DNA from: an uncultured virus (IMG/VR IMGVR_UViG_3300014969_000015)
Taxonomy: Duplodnaviria > Heunggongvirae > Uroviricota > Caudoviricetes
Strand: one strand, 5' to 3'
Length of the DNA stretch: 64,000 nucleotides
Virus record (IMG/VR): IMGVR_UViG_3300014969_000015
In this document: positions 33,658-44,836 of the stretch, piece by piece
How the letters are laid out: the number at the start of each line of letters is the position of its first letter
Position numbering within the stretch: position 1 is the stretch's first letter
Position numbers and translations under genes: made by a program
The notes under the pieces: generated by a model
Told to the model about the DNA's origin: nothing
Database searches by the model: none
Seen by the model: only the letters and a program-made list of their open reading frames with translations

Positions 33658-35679
33658 ATGTCGAATGAACTGAACAAAATCCTCAACGAGGCGATTCCTC
33701 GATGGGCGAAACTTACGGGCACCAAGCTCGGCACGAATTCGTTCACATGGACCTATGGCAGTAATTCCGAGTTCCAGGGGCACCTCCTAAAAGAGCATAT
33801 CGATAACCTGAACGATGCCCGGACACTCGACATGTCTGGGACAACTGCAATCTTACTTCTCCGAGGACTGTTCGAGGCGTATGTGCGGGAGCGCATGTTC
33901 AAGGTCCATGCGATGCTGTATGAACCCGAGAAGATCGAAGCGTTACTCTCAGGGATGCGTGAGTTTCACGCGCTGCTCACGAGCACGGTCTGCGAAGAGG
34001 CCGTCATGGAATTCAAGGAATCGGTTCGTGCGGCGGCCGTCCACTACGGCTACGATCTCGAAAAGCTCAAGAAACATCTGACCGACGAGCGTGCGTTGGG
34101 AGAGCTACGGCTGGCTGCCGTCCGGAGTCGCGAGAAACTGGACGTGCATCAATTCGCCCAGGGCAAACCCGATCCAAACCCCCTTCAGTATAATCGAGAG
34201 ATCTTCGAATTCACAAACATCAATTCGTTCGTGGCAGCCCTGTACAAGCAGTGGGTTTCTGGCATCACGCTCGCGCTCGTACGGGACTCGAACGACGAGC
34301 GGGGCGTCTTCAAAGCCTTCTTCACCCTTGGTCTCAGAAACGGCGAGAACATCACAGTCCTGACCGACTACGAGGAAGGTGTCCACCCCGAGTACCACAA
34401 CATGACGCGGCGACCAGAGCGCCAGCTTGAAGCACGGGCGCGCTGCCACTGGTTCCCGTACCGACTGATCGACGAAGATCCGATCAAGCGGGCTAAGAAC
34501 AAGACAGCCCTCGTCGCCAAGGACACCAGGGCAGTCCCGGTCGAAGAAATCTCCAAGCTTGCGCCGCCTGAATTCATCTGGCTCACGCTGCTATTTGGAC
34601 TTATCTCGGAAAAATACGGCAGTAACTTCAAGACGGCGGAATTGTCCTACACGGGCGAGATGATTGTGACGCCGCATGCGCTCCTTGAATCGACGCATAC
34701 GCTCGTGGTGGCTGGTCACTACAGGCCGCTGATCCTGCCCAAACTCACTCCTGATACCACCACCCGCGAGGCAGCCGACAACAAGGAACCCGTAGGCCAC
34801 AACGCCTGGATGGAGGAGCGCTACCGTCACCGCGTTCCTGAAATCCTCCTGGACGTGGTCGGTGAGAGACGTGCGCTTGAGGCAGGCAAGCAGTCATCGA
34901 GGTTGCTCCCCGGCAAGGTCAACGAAAGCAAGCTTCCGTCAGCTCGCAGGCAGCCAGGCGTCATTGGCTGGGGCCCGGACCACCGGAAGACGGAGCTCGT
35001 CCCACATGCAGTAGATCCAACGAGCTTCGGGACCCGTACACAGATCGAGCGCAACCGTGTCTGGACTGCACGCGTGAACATGATGCAGGCCGTCCAGAAG
35101 TTCGCGGTCGATGAGTTCGTGAAGAAGCACGAGCTGGTGCTGCGCTGGTATCGGGGCCGCCTCACGCGGAACATGCCGTTCCTCTGGGAAGCTGTCGCGC
35201 GCGGGGAGTTGAGGGCTCCGACGATGCGCTGGCAGCGTGACGGCGAGCATGGCTTCCCGAACCACGATGCGCAGGTGTGGAGCGAGGGCAACATCCTCAC
35301 GCAGAAGGTCGCCAAGCGCCGGAGCGCTGCGTTTCCTGGTGTTTTCCAGGGACAGGGGATCGAGATTGGGACGTGGAACGACGGCCGCCGCTGCGTCATG
35401 TGTGGGAAGGATCCGTCACAACGTGCCTCGGTCTTCACCATCATCCAACCAGATAACCCGCGAGCGCTCGCGCTCCTCTGCGGCATTCCCGAGAAAAAAC
35501 TACCCTGGCCTCTCCAGCACTGGTGTACGTCCGAACCGTATACCGGAAATAACATCCTCGATCGAGTCGATCCACAGGACTGGAGGCTTGACAATCCGTG
35601 GCGGCACCTGGAGCTGCGGATCACCGTTGCCCTCTGCAAGCGCGAATTTGCCCGCCTGCGGAAGGCACACGGCCTTTGA
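33658..35679 (+). CDS. large hypothetical protein (673 aa)
   Basis: long uninterrupted ORF with GC-rich third positions; no motif recognised. Confidence 0.75.
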   Translation: MSNELNKILNEAIPRWAKLTGTKLGTNSFTWTYGSNSEFQGHLLKEHIDNLNDARTLDMSGTTAILLLRGLFEAYVRERMFKVHAMLYEPEKIEALLSGMREFHALLTSTVCEEAVMEFKESVRAAAVHYGYDLEKLKKHLTDERALGELRLAAVRSREKLDVHQFAQGKPDPNPLQYNREIFEFTNINSFVAALYKQWVSGITLALVRDSNDERGVFKAFFTLGLRNGENITVLTDYEEGVHPEYHNMTRRPERQLEARARCHWFPYRLIDEDPIKRAKNKTALVAKDTRAVPVEEISKLAPPEFIWLTLLFGLISEKYGSNFKTAELSYTGEMIVTPHALLESTHTLVVAGHYRPLILPKLTPDTTTREAADNKEPVGHNAWMEERYRHRVPEILLDVVGERRALEAGKQSSRLLPGKVNESKLPSARRQPGVIGWGPDHRKTELVPHAVDPTSFGTRTQIERNRVWTARVNMMQAVQKFAVDEFVKKHELVLRWYRGRLTRNMPFLWEAVARGELRAPTMRWQRDGEHGFPNHDAQVWSEGNILTQKVAKRRSAAFPGVFQGQGIEIGTWNDGRRCVMCGKDPSQRASVFTIIQPDNPRALALLCGIPEKKLPWPLQHWCTSEPYTGNNILDRVDPQDWRLDNPWRHLELRITVALCKREFARLRKAHGL

Positions 35680-37101
35680 CAACCGCCATATAATGCGCGC
35701 TGTGCTTCCAACAAAGTTTCCAACGATTGCACGCATCCTCGCCGTGTGGCTGAGTTTCGTCGCTTGCTTCCGTCAAGGACCGCGATCCCGCGTGTCGCGC
35801 AAAGAGCGCCACGCACTCGCCGAGATGACCAAGCCCATCGGCCAACGGGACTACAGCACGAGCCGTGGGCGTGCGATCCACGCACTCGAGCACAAGGGGC
35901 TCCTCGGCCGCGAAGGCAGCGATAGCCGCCGCGTCACCGCCGCCGGTCGCGCTGAGCTGGCATCCCCCGACATGTTCGATGACCTGTTCAAGGAGAAACC
36001 CGATCGACAGGTCCCGACCGGCGATCAGATCGCGCGAGCCGTGGGCGCGATCCAGGCAACCGACGGCAACGTGCCCAAGAGTACAATGGACCAGCAGCAA
36101 GAAGTGGCATTCGGAGCGGGGGTCACGTGGGAGGAGTGGGCCTCTCGGACGCTCGACGGCGAGGTACACAGGCATCGGACCATGCTTCTGTGCGACGACT
36201 GTCGCCGCACCATCCACAGAGAGGTGGACTGCATGGTCTCGGACATCCTCTGGATCGTCTACGGCACCGGCCGCGGGATGTTGTGCCTGCCGTGTCTCGA
36301 GCGACGCATGGGGCGCCCCGTCAGGGCAATCGACCTGAAACTGTGCGGACTGACCCTGATGAACCCGCGGCTCCGACGCATGATCGAGCACGAGATGCAA
36401 GCCTTCGCCCACCGCGTACCACCTGAGCGGCACGGCGTGCAAGAGCCGGCTAGCGACGACGACGACGTCGCCGTCGCCGACGTCGAAGGCAAGGAAGAGA
36501 TCGAACGCCTGTCAGCGGGGAGCGGTAGGATACCAGGCGTGAGCAGACAGCAGACAGCCGACGCACAGCCCACCGACTTCGTCCCGCGCATCGCGCACCT
36601 CGAGCAGGACATCGAGCCCGATCCGGCGACCGACTCGCTCCTGTCGCCGCGGCAACCGCGGTTCCGCTGGGCGTGCGACCTCTGCCGCGGGCTGCAGCGC
36701 GGTGGGTTCGGCGCTGCCGGCCGGTGGACCGGCGAGGACCGCGCCAACGACGAGGCCGACGCGCACGATCGCTGGCACGCGAGGCAGCGGAAGTCGGCGC
36801 GCGAGCGCGCGGCGCGCGGGACGCGTGAGGATCGCTGAGGCGGTCCCGCTGGAGATCCGACCGGAGGACTGGCCGACCTTCCGGTTCACGCACCGTCTGT
36901 CGGCGTTCGACCTCCTCGCCGAGAACTGGGAGTCGCGGCTTGATAGCGTGTTCCCCGCTCCCCGCCGCTGCCTCCGGGCGTTGGGACAACGCCAGGTAGC
37001 CGTGAGGGATTCAACTCCGATAGACGCCAAGCGCGCATAAACTCATGGAGGAATGCCCGCTAGCGAGGCTTCTTTGATGTTTTAAGATGCGTTTCGTATC
37101 C

Positions 37102-37149
37102 GGGTATTTGGCTACCCATCCACTGAAAGACACGGGTAATTTAATACTC
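37102..37149. promoter_or_regulatory. tandem GGGTA-N6-TAC(C/T)C sites (37102-37117, 37134-37149)
   Basis: gggta-tttggc-taccc and gacac-gggta-atttaa-tactc upstream of 37217. Confidence 0.65.
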
Positions 37150-37216
37150 ACCCCTGCACGATCAAGGGAATAGCCGGCTAATAAAGCGGTGCGCGGTTTG
37201 CACCACGCTACATTCG

Positions 37217-38281
37217 ATGGACAAGCCGAAGATGACAACGGGTAATTACGCGCAGCACTGGCACGACGACGGTCGTGGAGGGTGCTTCTGCTACGGCTTG
37301 GTGACCAAGGCCGGTGAAAAACAGTTCTACGTGACGTGGGAGAGTGGTACCCATCAGCGCTTCCCCCAGGGATCCCATAACGTCACGCAGGTCCCGCCGA
37401 AATCTCTGGACATCGCGAGAGAAAGCCTCAAGAAAGCCGGGTTGGTCAAAGAAAGCGCCACCATCACCGATCAACCCTGTCCGCGCTGCGGGTGCACCGA
37501 TGGCCAACACACCGGATTCCATGAGGACGCCGAGCTTCCAATCAAGAAAGGCGATCGCGTCCGAATCCGCGCGGGCGCCGAGATCTGGAGCACCCTGCCA
37601 GATCCGAAGCGCAAGCGCTTCACGCTCTCTCGCTCGCGTGTCATCACCGTGCACAGCATGGATTGTGGTCAGTCCAAATGCATCGGCTACGCACCGGAGG
37701 GTGCAGCATTATGGCAACCCCAGGACAACCCCGGGGTGTGCTGGACCGGCACCGGTGGGTATTGGCACCACGCCAAGTTGAGCGATGTCACGCTAGTCCG
37801 TGCAGCCTCTCAGGGTGTCCCAGCGGTCAGTGCAGCCGCGTCCTGCGCGACCACTGCAACTGTGCCCAGTGCAGCTGCGTCCAACTCGACCAATGCAACT
37901 GTGATCAATGCGCCCAGTACAGCTGTGGTCGCGCCACCCCTCCAGTCCACCAACAAGCTCGGCCTCCTGCCGATCACCGTGCACTTCAGCGAAGATCCTG
38001 AGCACGTGTTCAACGGTTACACAAATGGGCGACACTGGAACGGCTTTGCCTGTCCGCACTTGGAACTCGATGAACTCCGCCGCGTGCTGGAGCTGCTCGT
38101 CACGTGGGGTGACGAAGTGGGCTTCACCGTGTTCGCGGAAGAGCACACAATCCATGTGCAGGGACCCAACGGGGACAATTACAAAATGGCTGCCCAATGT
38201 GTCACGACGATCGAGGGTGACAAGTGGCTGTTCGACTGCGGAGGCGCGTGGACTTTTGTCGAACTTTCAGAGGAAACTTAA
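37217..38281 (+). CDS. multi-domain hypothetical protein with an Ala/Thr-rich linker
   Basis: 354 aa; SH3-like and CPRC modules, linker, C-terminal GYTNGRHWNGFACP domain. Confidence 0.6.
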   Translation: MDKPKMTTGNYAQHWHDDGRGGCFCYGLVTKAGEKQFYVTWESGTHQRFPQGSHNVTQVPPKSLDIARESLKKAGLVKESATITDQPCPRCGCTDGQHTGFHEDAELPIKKGDRVRIRAGAEIWSTLPDPKRKRFTLSRSRVITVHSMDCGQSKCIGYAPEGAALWQPQDNPGVCWTGTGGYWHHAKLSDVTLVRAASQGVPAVSAAASCATTATVPSAAASNSTNATVINAPSTAVVAPPLQSTNKLGLLPITVHFSEDPEHVFNGYTNGRHWNGFACPHLELDELRRVLELLVTWGDEVGFTVFAEEHTIHVQGPNGDNYKMAAQCVTTIEGDKWLFDCGGAWTFVELSEET

Positions 38282-38593
38282 AGTATGCACAAAAAGTCCA
38301 GCAGTAAGGACGTGGCATGGCCTCCAACAGGAGTCCAAGACCTTAAACCCGATATTCGGGTCGAGACCAAAACGGCTCACGGGCGCTTTCCCACCCTGCG
38401 CGCTGCATTGGAACCTGCCCCGGGTGTTACACCAAACACCCTCACCTCGAAGATCGTGCGCGACGTATTGCAACGAAATCGACGCCAGCGCAACTACTGT
38501 GACGTTGAATATCTGTGCCTCGCCTATCTGCAGCCCGGCGGCGCTGCGATGACCTCCAAAAATCTGGAACTTTTGTGCGCGACGATCAACAAA

Positions 38594-38680
38594 TTCAACA
38601 AATGACAAAGCGCGTCACTTTAAGACAGCACGAGGTTCAACAAATGACAAAGCGCGTCACTTTAAGACAGCACGAGGTTC
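38594..38680 (+). repeat. 42-bp tandem duplication of a gene start (MTKRVTLRQHEV x2)
   Basis: caaatgacaaagcgcgtcactttaagacagcacgaggttc occurs twice. Confidence 0.9.
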
Positions 38681-39150
38681 TTGATCATCTCACCGAGCGT
38701 GGGGCCCTTTCCAGAACACATGCTCAAACAGTGTTCGGAGCTGACGAGAAAATAGCCGAAAACCTAACGCTTCTTGGAATACTTAACAAGCGCTACGCGG
38801 CTGACGGAACACGCTACTGGATTCGAGGAAAAGACGAAGGCAAAACCGGTATCAGCCTTCCCGCGGGATTCATCGTAATCCTTAATCGTAACGTTACGAC
38901 TCCAACGGGGAAGTCAGAAAACCTATTCCTTGCACGCGCTTGCTATGACGGCAAGGGGCCCACGTTTCGACACCTTCTTCGAGGCTGGCTGCGAACACTT
39001 GGGCTCCAACCCAAGGATCTAATCGGCGGCTTTATGGGGTTTGAAAAAATTGAGGCGGACTCCCCCGTGTTTCAAGGAGATCACGTCATCCTCGACACGC
39101 TCACAGACACGCCCCCGTATTGACCTGGGAGGCGTGATAGGCTGCCTCAC

Positions 39151-39561
39151 ATGCCTGCAAGAAAGAACGCGCCGGGACTCCCCCTCAAGCCTCCCAAATC
39201 CAGAGCCCAGATCAAGCGCGAGATTGATGAAGTATTGACGCGGGCGCCTAGTGGAAGCGCGAAGTCAGATACCGCTGAAATCGAGAGGGCGCGAGTTACA
39301 TCAGAGCGTCGCATTGCCGCCCTGATCGCGAACGGGGAAGATGTCCGCAACTCGCCCGCGTGGCGTGACGCGATGTCAGAGAGCCGGACGATCGATTTCG
39401 CGGCGCGGTCAAGTTCGGATGTTCCTCTCGAGCGACGGGGCGGGACCGGACATCACGCGCACACGCGTGTGGACATCCGTTGGTACGCGTTCCCGAACGG
39501 GAATAAATCGGCCGGCGGGTTCCTCCCCATGATCGAGGAGGACGGCAAAGCGTCGCGGTGA
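39151..39561 (+). CDS. hypothetical protein with shared helical tag (leaderless)
   Basis: PPKSRAQIKREIDEVLTRAP; TGA-TAGGCT-N7-ATG. Confidence 0.65.
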   Translation: MPARKNAPGLPLKPPKSRAQIKREIDEVLTRAPSGSAKSDTAEIERARVTSERRIAALIANGEDVRNSPAWRDAMSESRTIDFAARSSSDVPLERRGGTGHHAHTRVDIRWYAFPNGNKSAGGFLPMIEEDGKASR

Positions 39562-39688
39562 TGAGTGGCGAGGCCACGGCTACAGCAAGGCCGAGGCCGA
39601 GGCCGAAGCCGAGGAGTGGGCTCACAGGGCCGCGTCGCGGTTCGTCGGTGACTGGAACGTCGTTGTGAAAAAGGGCCGTGCGCCGCGA

Positions 39689-40273
39689 TCATGAAGGGCT
39701 TACAGCGCAGCGGTCCCGCGGCGAACCCCCCGCCGTATCGACCACCGTACCGACCATCGCCCCGAAAAAGTGACAGCCGCTCTCGTTGAGGCCGCTATAC
39801 GTGACTACAACGACAACAGCGTCCATCGAGATCTGCACAGGCGCGAAACGCACAAACTTGTCGATCTCGTTGGTCGCGAACATATCACCAGACACGTTGC
39901 CGCTCTGGACGAACTGCGACACGTTGCCGATCTTGATGTCGTTGACGATCCAGTCCGCCGCCCCCCATGCCGTGCCCGCGTTACTGATCACGAAGCTTCC
40001 GATCTTGTAGATCCAAGTCTGGGAACGATCGGGGATCCGGATATGCCAGGCGATTTGCGCCGACTGTGTCGGCAGGATCGCAACCCCCGTGGATATCGGC
40101 AGGATGTCCCGGTTCGGAGAGCCTACCCCCGCCGCGCGGGCGAAAAGCTGGGGCTCCTCTCTGCCATCATCGGACTGCTCATCGCCCGCAAGCACGTGTG
40201 GACCCTGACAGGTCATTTTCACCCGGACCAGGGGAAGGTCCCTCGGGGCGGAGTTGAATGTTGGGGCAGCCAT
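39689..40273 (-). CDS. beta-rich domain paralog (family of 6818-8009), leaderless
   Basis: STGVAILPTQSAQI...AADWIVNDIKIGNVSQFVQSGNVSGDMF...VVTYSG...FFGAMVGT; TGA-TAACCT-N6-ATG. Confidence 0.75.
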   Translation of the reverse strand: MAAPTFNSAPRDLPLVRVKMTCQGPHVLAGDEQSDDGREEPQLFARAAGVGSPNRDILPISTGVAILPTQSAQIAWHIRIPDRSQTWIYKIGSFVISNAGTAWGAADWIVNDIKIGNVSQFVQSGNVSGDMFATNEIDKFVRFAPVQISMDAVVVVVTYSGLNESGCHFFGAMVGTVVDTAGGSPRDRCAVSPS

Positions 40274-40561
40274 CGCGCTAGGTTATCACGCTAGGCTACG
40301 TGCAGGCACGACCAGTGCAAGCAGACCCGAGCCGACAGCCACTGGCCGACAAGCAACTCGTCCAATGTCCAATGGGAATCCCGGCAAACTGGCAGGGTCC
40401 GTGCGTGACGATCCGCTTACCAGTGGCGCCATTCTGGACGTCCCGCCAGATGCTACAAAGGTCCAGGTAGGTGAACATCCTCCAAGATGCGTTTTTTACT
40501 TGACCGCTTCCATTTGCAAGAGCACCCCGCGATCGGCCCCCTGCGCTAGAATTCTCCCCCG

Positions 40562-41500
40562 ATGAGCAAAGAGTCGACCGGTGGAGTGCTCTCCGCGGAG
40601 CACCGGAAAGTGATCGAGCAAATGGTCGGGTATACCGACCTCAGCGCCAAGGAACGTACCCAGCAAGTCGCGCTAGATTGGGTGGCGCACGAGGACACAA
40701 TCTTCGCAGTACTGCGAAACGCTCTCCATGTACTGGATCATGGCGGGGAGCTCGCCCAAAAATGTCGACAGAAGATCGAGGATTGGTCCCGCTTTGTCGA
40801 CACGAACCCCCAGAGTCCAGCACTTCGCGCCTTGCTTGAGGTGCTTGACGGACGATCTACACCTCCCAAGAAAGTTGTCTCCCTCGTTGGAGAACCCTCC
40901 GTGAACAAGCTGCTTCAGATGCGTGCCACCGAGGTCATCCCAAGGCTCTTCCTTGGCGGACGCAGAGATGCCGAAGCCCTGGGACCCCGTGTTCCAGATG
41001 ACTGGGCCTGCGTGTCCGTAACCGAGTACCGATCAAGATACAAGCGCCGTGAAGAGCTGCCGTACGAGCCAAAGGGCTCGCTGGACATGCCGTTCATGAT
41101 GGATGGTCCCGACGGGTGGCATGCCGATCCGCACAAGCTCGATCTGATCGCGGAGACAATCTGGTGGCGGCTGCAGATCGGCAAGAAGGTCCTCGTTCAC
41201 TGCATTCATGCGCAAGAGCGCACCCCCCTCGTCATCGCATGGTACCTCGCGTGGAGCGGTGAGTCTCCCTCGATGGCACGCGCCTACGATACCGTCGCCA
41301 GGCTGCACCCCAGAACCAAGCGCAGGGACAAGTGGCTGCGCGGAGCAACTCCTCAAAAATGCTGTCCCATGCTCGCGGACCTACTCGAAGCTGCCAGTGC
41401 CCGAGCAACCGCAGTACCGCAGCTCCGTGGTGCTGCGACCACAAGGCTTGAGGACGCCGCCCGTGCCTGGGTGGCCAGGACCACGGGACTGAAGACCTAG
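40562..41500 (+). CDS. dual-specificity (Cys-based) protein phosphatase family protein
   Basis: ATEVIPRLFLGG...KKVLVHCIHAQERTPLVIAWYL (CX5R loop). Confidence 0.8.
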   Translation: MSKESTGGVLSAEHRKVIEQMVGYTDLSAKERTQQVALDWVAHEDTIFAVLRNALHVLDHGGELAQKCRQKIEDWSRFVDTNPQSPALRALLEVLDGRSTPPKKVVSLVGEPSVNKLLQMRATEVIPRLFLGGRRDAEALGPRVPDDWACVSVTEYRSRYKRREELPYEPKGSLDMPFMMDGPDGWHADPHKLDLIAETIWWRLQIGKKVLVHCIHAQERTPLVIAWYLAWSGESPSMARAYDTVARLHPRTKRRDKWLRGATPQKCCPMLADLLEAASARATAVPQLRGAATTRLEDAARAWVARTTGLKT

Positions 41501-41503
41501 CCT

Positions 41504-42280
41504 TCAGATGGTGTCAGCTGTACTGTTCAGGGTTTCCTTTTCCTGTCTGGTGTTTCCGACGATGGCGGCGATGAACCCTAGGTGGTTGTTGCGGATGCAG
41601 TGAGCCTCGACCTCGATCCACTGGTCCTGCTCGATGACTGGTAGTCGCGGAAGTGGCCCCATGACATCGATGCCGAACAGCGCGCCCGGCAAGTCAAGAT
41701 GCGGTGCGAAGATCGATTTCCCTCCAATGCAAATGTCATGGATCACCCAATCTCCGGCGCTAGAAACAACGATCCGATCGGGGACGAGGAGCTGCGGATT
41801 ACAATACTGGACGCGGACAGTTGCAACCACGCTGAGTGTTTCGGCAGAGATCGGGATAATGTCACGCCCCTTGCTAGAGGCCGGCACGGGAGACACAGGC
41901 TCCAAGAACTCCAGTGCCGCGAGGCGATCGTGCTTGGCAAGTACACGCCAGCCGCAGATGACTGGAGCTGCATGGGCTTGCATTATATCTCTATCAAACA
42001 TCCGCGCGCCGCATGGGACTCCGATCGCAGCTTTGTGTAATGGGCACGCCACTGTCACATAGGGCGTGACTGTTGCGCGCGCCTTGTCGGCGTCTGCCAG
42101 ATGATAAAGGACGTTACTCGCGAAGTCATAGACGTTACCATGAGCCCTCGACCACTGAGCACCGACGAAATCTCGCACGCGGCAAACATCGGCCCATGAC
42201 GGTTTCCAGGACGGCTCCGTGTGCATGCGATCAATGAGGTCGTTCAGGCCGTGGGGCAGATCAGGATCGAGATATTGCAT
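41504..42280 (-). CDS. hypothetical protein with C-terminal beta-rich paralog domain (leaderless)
   Basis: RDIIPIS...PDRIVVSSAGDWVIHDICIGGKSIFA...DLPGALF; TGT-TATGAT-N6-ATG. Confidence 0.7.
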   Translation of the reverse strand: MQYLDPDLPHGLNDLIDRMHTEPSWKPSWADVCRVRDFVGAQWSRAHGNVYDFASNVLYHLADADKARATVTPYVTVACPLHKAAIGVPCGARMFDRDIMQAHAAPVICGWRVLAKHDRLAALEFLEPVSPVPASSKGRDIIPISAETLSVVATVRVQYCNPQLLVPDRIVVSSAGDWVIHDICIGGKSIFAPHLDLPGALFGIDVMGPLPRLPVIEQDQWIEVEAHCIRNNHLGFIAAIVGNTRQEKETLNSTADTI

Positions 42281-42521
42281 GGGCGCATCATAACATGGCT
42301 AGGTAACGAAATTACTGTGCGCTGGTGTACCTCGACCTGCCCGACGACTGTCTCCGCGTTGACGAGATGCGGACGGCCCTCTACTCCTTCGCCTTGATCA
42401 TGGAGAGAACAGCCAAGCAACCTGAAACGGCGCTGGCGCGGATCTCCGCAACCCTGTTCCTTGGAGACGCTGCGCGGTCCGCTAGTCGCGGACTGACTGG
42501 ATCTGGACTGGATCTGGACGG

Positions 42522-42956
42522 CTAGCGAACGCCGAGCTTACGCGCGACTGCAGTGGCGTACTTACCGGACCGAATCAGCGATTCCAACTCCTTGTCCAGC
42601 ATGGTAGCCGGCAGGTAATCATCCGGAATCCCAACGATGTTCCACGCTGCGATCTCATCCTCCGTAGTAAGACTCGGAGGGAGTGCGCGGTCGATAATCG
42701 TGACGCGCTTGAACCTTTCCCAAGGAGCCTGATTAGCCCAATGTTCGGCCGCTGCACTCGCGGCCTCTTTCGTCAAACCGTAGCCGACGCGGTTACCGCC
42801 GCGGTTCAAGGGAGCCCCCTTCCCCACATACGACTTCCAAAGAGTGACCGTCCTGAAGGCTCCCGGCGCAGCCAAAGCCTTGCTTGCGAGGCGCCCTGGT
42901 CCCGGTTTGAGGACTTCGTCAACTTCACGAGCGATCTCGCGGCGAGTCTTCGGCAT
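42522..42956 (-). CDS. hypothetical protein with N-terminal shared helical tag (leaderless)
   Basis: MPKTRREIAREVDEVLKPGP; TGG-TAGGAT-N7-ATG. Confidence 0.65.
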   Translation of the reverse strand: MPKTRREIAREVDEVLKPGPGRLASKALAAPGAFRTVTLWKSYVGKGAPLNRGGNRVGYGLTKEAASAAAEHWANQAPWERFKRVTIIDRALPPSLTTEDEIAAWNIVGIPDDYLPATMLDKELESLIRSGKYATAVARKLGVR

Positions 42957-42978
42957 AGCGCCGATCCTACCACGGGCT

Positions 42979-43431
42979 TCAGGGAAGATTCAAATCAATG
43001 GTGCGGCAAACACCAAAGCCACAAAGCCATGCCGAGCAATTGATCCCACTTAGCGGCCCCCACAGACAGATGGCGTTGATCCACTGATCGCCATCAATGC
43101 TCCAATTGATCTCACAAGAAACAGTGCCATCGGGGTCCGGCATTGTACAAGACGGAGGAGGCGGCGTGGACGCCGGGTGCCAACCAATCCGAAGGGCCGC
43201 TTCTGCTGCCGCGTTAGAGCTCGCTGTCGAGGTTGCCGCCGTATGATCAGGGCAGTGCGGAATTACATCTCCGGTCCCATCACCGCCGATGATTGGATCA
43301 CTCACGCAAGTTCCCACCGGTTGACTGACGGTTGCCTGCTGATCAACGCACGAAATCAGAAATGCAGATGCCAATACCATGCTCTTCACAGAAATTCTCC
43401 CTTTAGAGATGCCACACATAAACAACCACAC
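42979..43431 (-). CDS. Cys-rich putative lipoprotein/secreted protein
   Basis: hydrophobic MVLASAFLISC lipobox-like segment followed by many Cys. Confidence 0.45.
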   Translation of the reverse strand: MWLFMCGISKGRISVKSMVLASAFLISCVDQQATVSQPVGTCVSDPIIGGDGTGDVIPHCPDHTAATSTASSNAAAEAALRIGWHPASTPPPPSCTMPDPDGTVSCEINWSIDGDQWINAICLWGPLSGINCSAWLCGFGVCRTIDLNLP

Positions 43432-43447
43432 GACTTTCTAAGCTCTA

Positions 43448-44239
43448 TTATCCAGATTGCGACCAAGAAGTCTCACCTATGAACTGTTCTTGGCAGACGG
43501 TGATCAGCGCTGGCAGTATGACCTCCCGCAGGGCACGATCCTCCGAGGTCTGCTCAGTCTCGCCGTATTCCCACGGATGCTCAGTGACGTACTCGATAAA
43601 ACCGTCGATTCGTAAAACACGATCATAGTACAAATCGGAGCTGCCCACCTCATCAGCAAGCCCGCTTTCGAATCTAAGTTCCTCCCAGATTCGTCGAGCT
43701 TCATCCTTTGTCAGGAATTCCAGCCTTTCGTAAGGGCACTGCACCCGCATCTGGCGGCTGTTGATCGGGAGGCCCTCCGTAGTGTAGCTGCCGCGTAAGT
43801 GCTGCAGGGGTTGCCCATCCGACATGTCCTCAGGAGAGAGCCGATACGCGAGTTGTTCACGGCCGTCTTTCAAACGGCGCGCGAGCAGCGCCCGCTGGAG
43901 TCCCTGCGTAGTCGCCACAGCAGACCACCGTCGGCCAGCATTCCTTTCGCGCTGCAACTTACACGCGAGGTAGTCAACACCGCCGCGCGAGCCGATGAAT
44001 GCTGTAAGTGACGGGGCGCCAAGGTGTGCCGGATTTGGACTCCAGCCATACGACCAGGATCCCCAATCGCTCTGAATGGCAAGCTCTCCAGTCGCGTCGT
44101 TGATAGTACAGTTCGCCCAGCCAAATCCGTCAACGCACCGAAAGAGGTAGGTGGTTGCAGACTGCGAAGAAATGAAAGTGAGCGTAGGGGCTGATTTCAT
44201 AGATTTTATCGATAATCGCAGAGCGTGCCACAGTGACAT
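43448..44239 (-). CDS. conserved phage hypothetical protein
   Basis: WANCTINDATGELAIQSDWGSWSYGW...FI....DYLACKL pattern. Confidence 0.6.
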   Translation of the reverse strand: MSLWHALRLSIKSMKSAPTLTFISSQSATTYLFRCVDGFGWANCTINDATGELAIQSDWGSWSYGWSPNPAHLGAPSLTAFIGSRGGVDYLACKLQRERNAGRRWSAVATTQGLQRALLARRLKDGREQLAYRLSPEDMSDGQPLQHLRGSYTTEGLPINSRQMRVQCPYERLEFLTKDEARRIWEELRFESGLADEVGSSDLYYDRVLRIDGFIEYVTEHPWEYGETEQTSEDRALREVILPALITVCQEQFIGETSWSQSG

Positions 44240-44356
44240 TTCCAGTAGTGCTGTTCAACGCGTTGCATGCGGACCAGCCCCCTACAGCGCATGCAGTAGG
44301 GAGCATAGCAGGCGTCCTTCGCCACGTTGTGAAGGATGACTTCGCGCTGCCATGCT

Positions 44357-44490
44357 TCAACGTCCAGCCGCGCATCTGCGCGTTGCACAACCGACGAATC
44401 GACGTCCAGCCGCGCATCTGCGCGTTGCACAACCGACGAATCGACGTCCAGCCGCGCATCTGCGCGTTGCACAACCGACGAATCAACATC
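44357..44490. repeat. 42-bp tandem repeat x3 (DVDSSVVQRADARL) within ORF 44206-44721
   Basis: gacgtccagccgcgcatctgcgcgttgcacaaccgacgaatc at 44359, 44401 and 44443. Confidence 0.9.
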
Positions 44491-44836
44491 CTTGGGGGGC
44501 CTGTCGTGCAGACTCCGAACGAGGAAAAGGAACACGGCTCCAAGTACTTCATCTTCCTCTTCACGCCCGCACTTCTGGTCACGAAAAGCGCTCACGCGAT
44601 CGATCAACCAAGTCAGGGAAACGCGATCTATCTGATCCGGCAGCGCCACGACAGTCAGCAACCCCTCATATACACGAAAGGCCCTTGCCTCGATTTCAAC
44701 AGGCCCTGACTGATCGCTCACGGCTATCCATTAACACGGGCCAAGGAACATTGACAAGGGTGAAAGCCCTTGCGGGAAGTCTGCTGGCCCTCCCCGGGTA
44801 TTGATTTTATCGGGCCTCCTGCTGTATGCATGGCAT

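Noticed and set aside
44357..44490. Second mini CRISPR array
   Set aside because: The units are contiguous with no spacers and are in frame within an ORF
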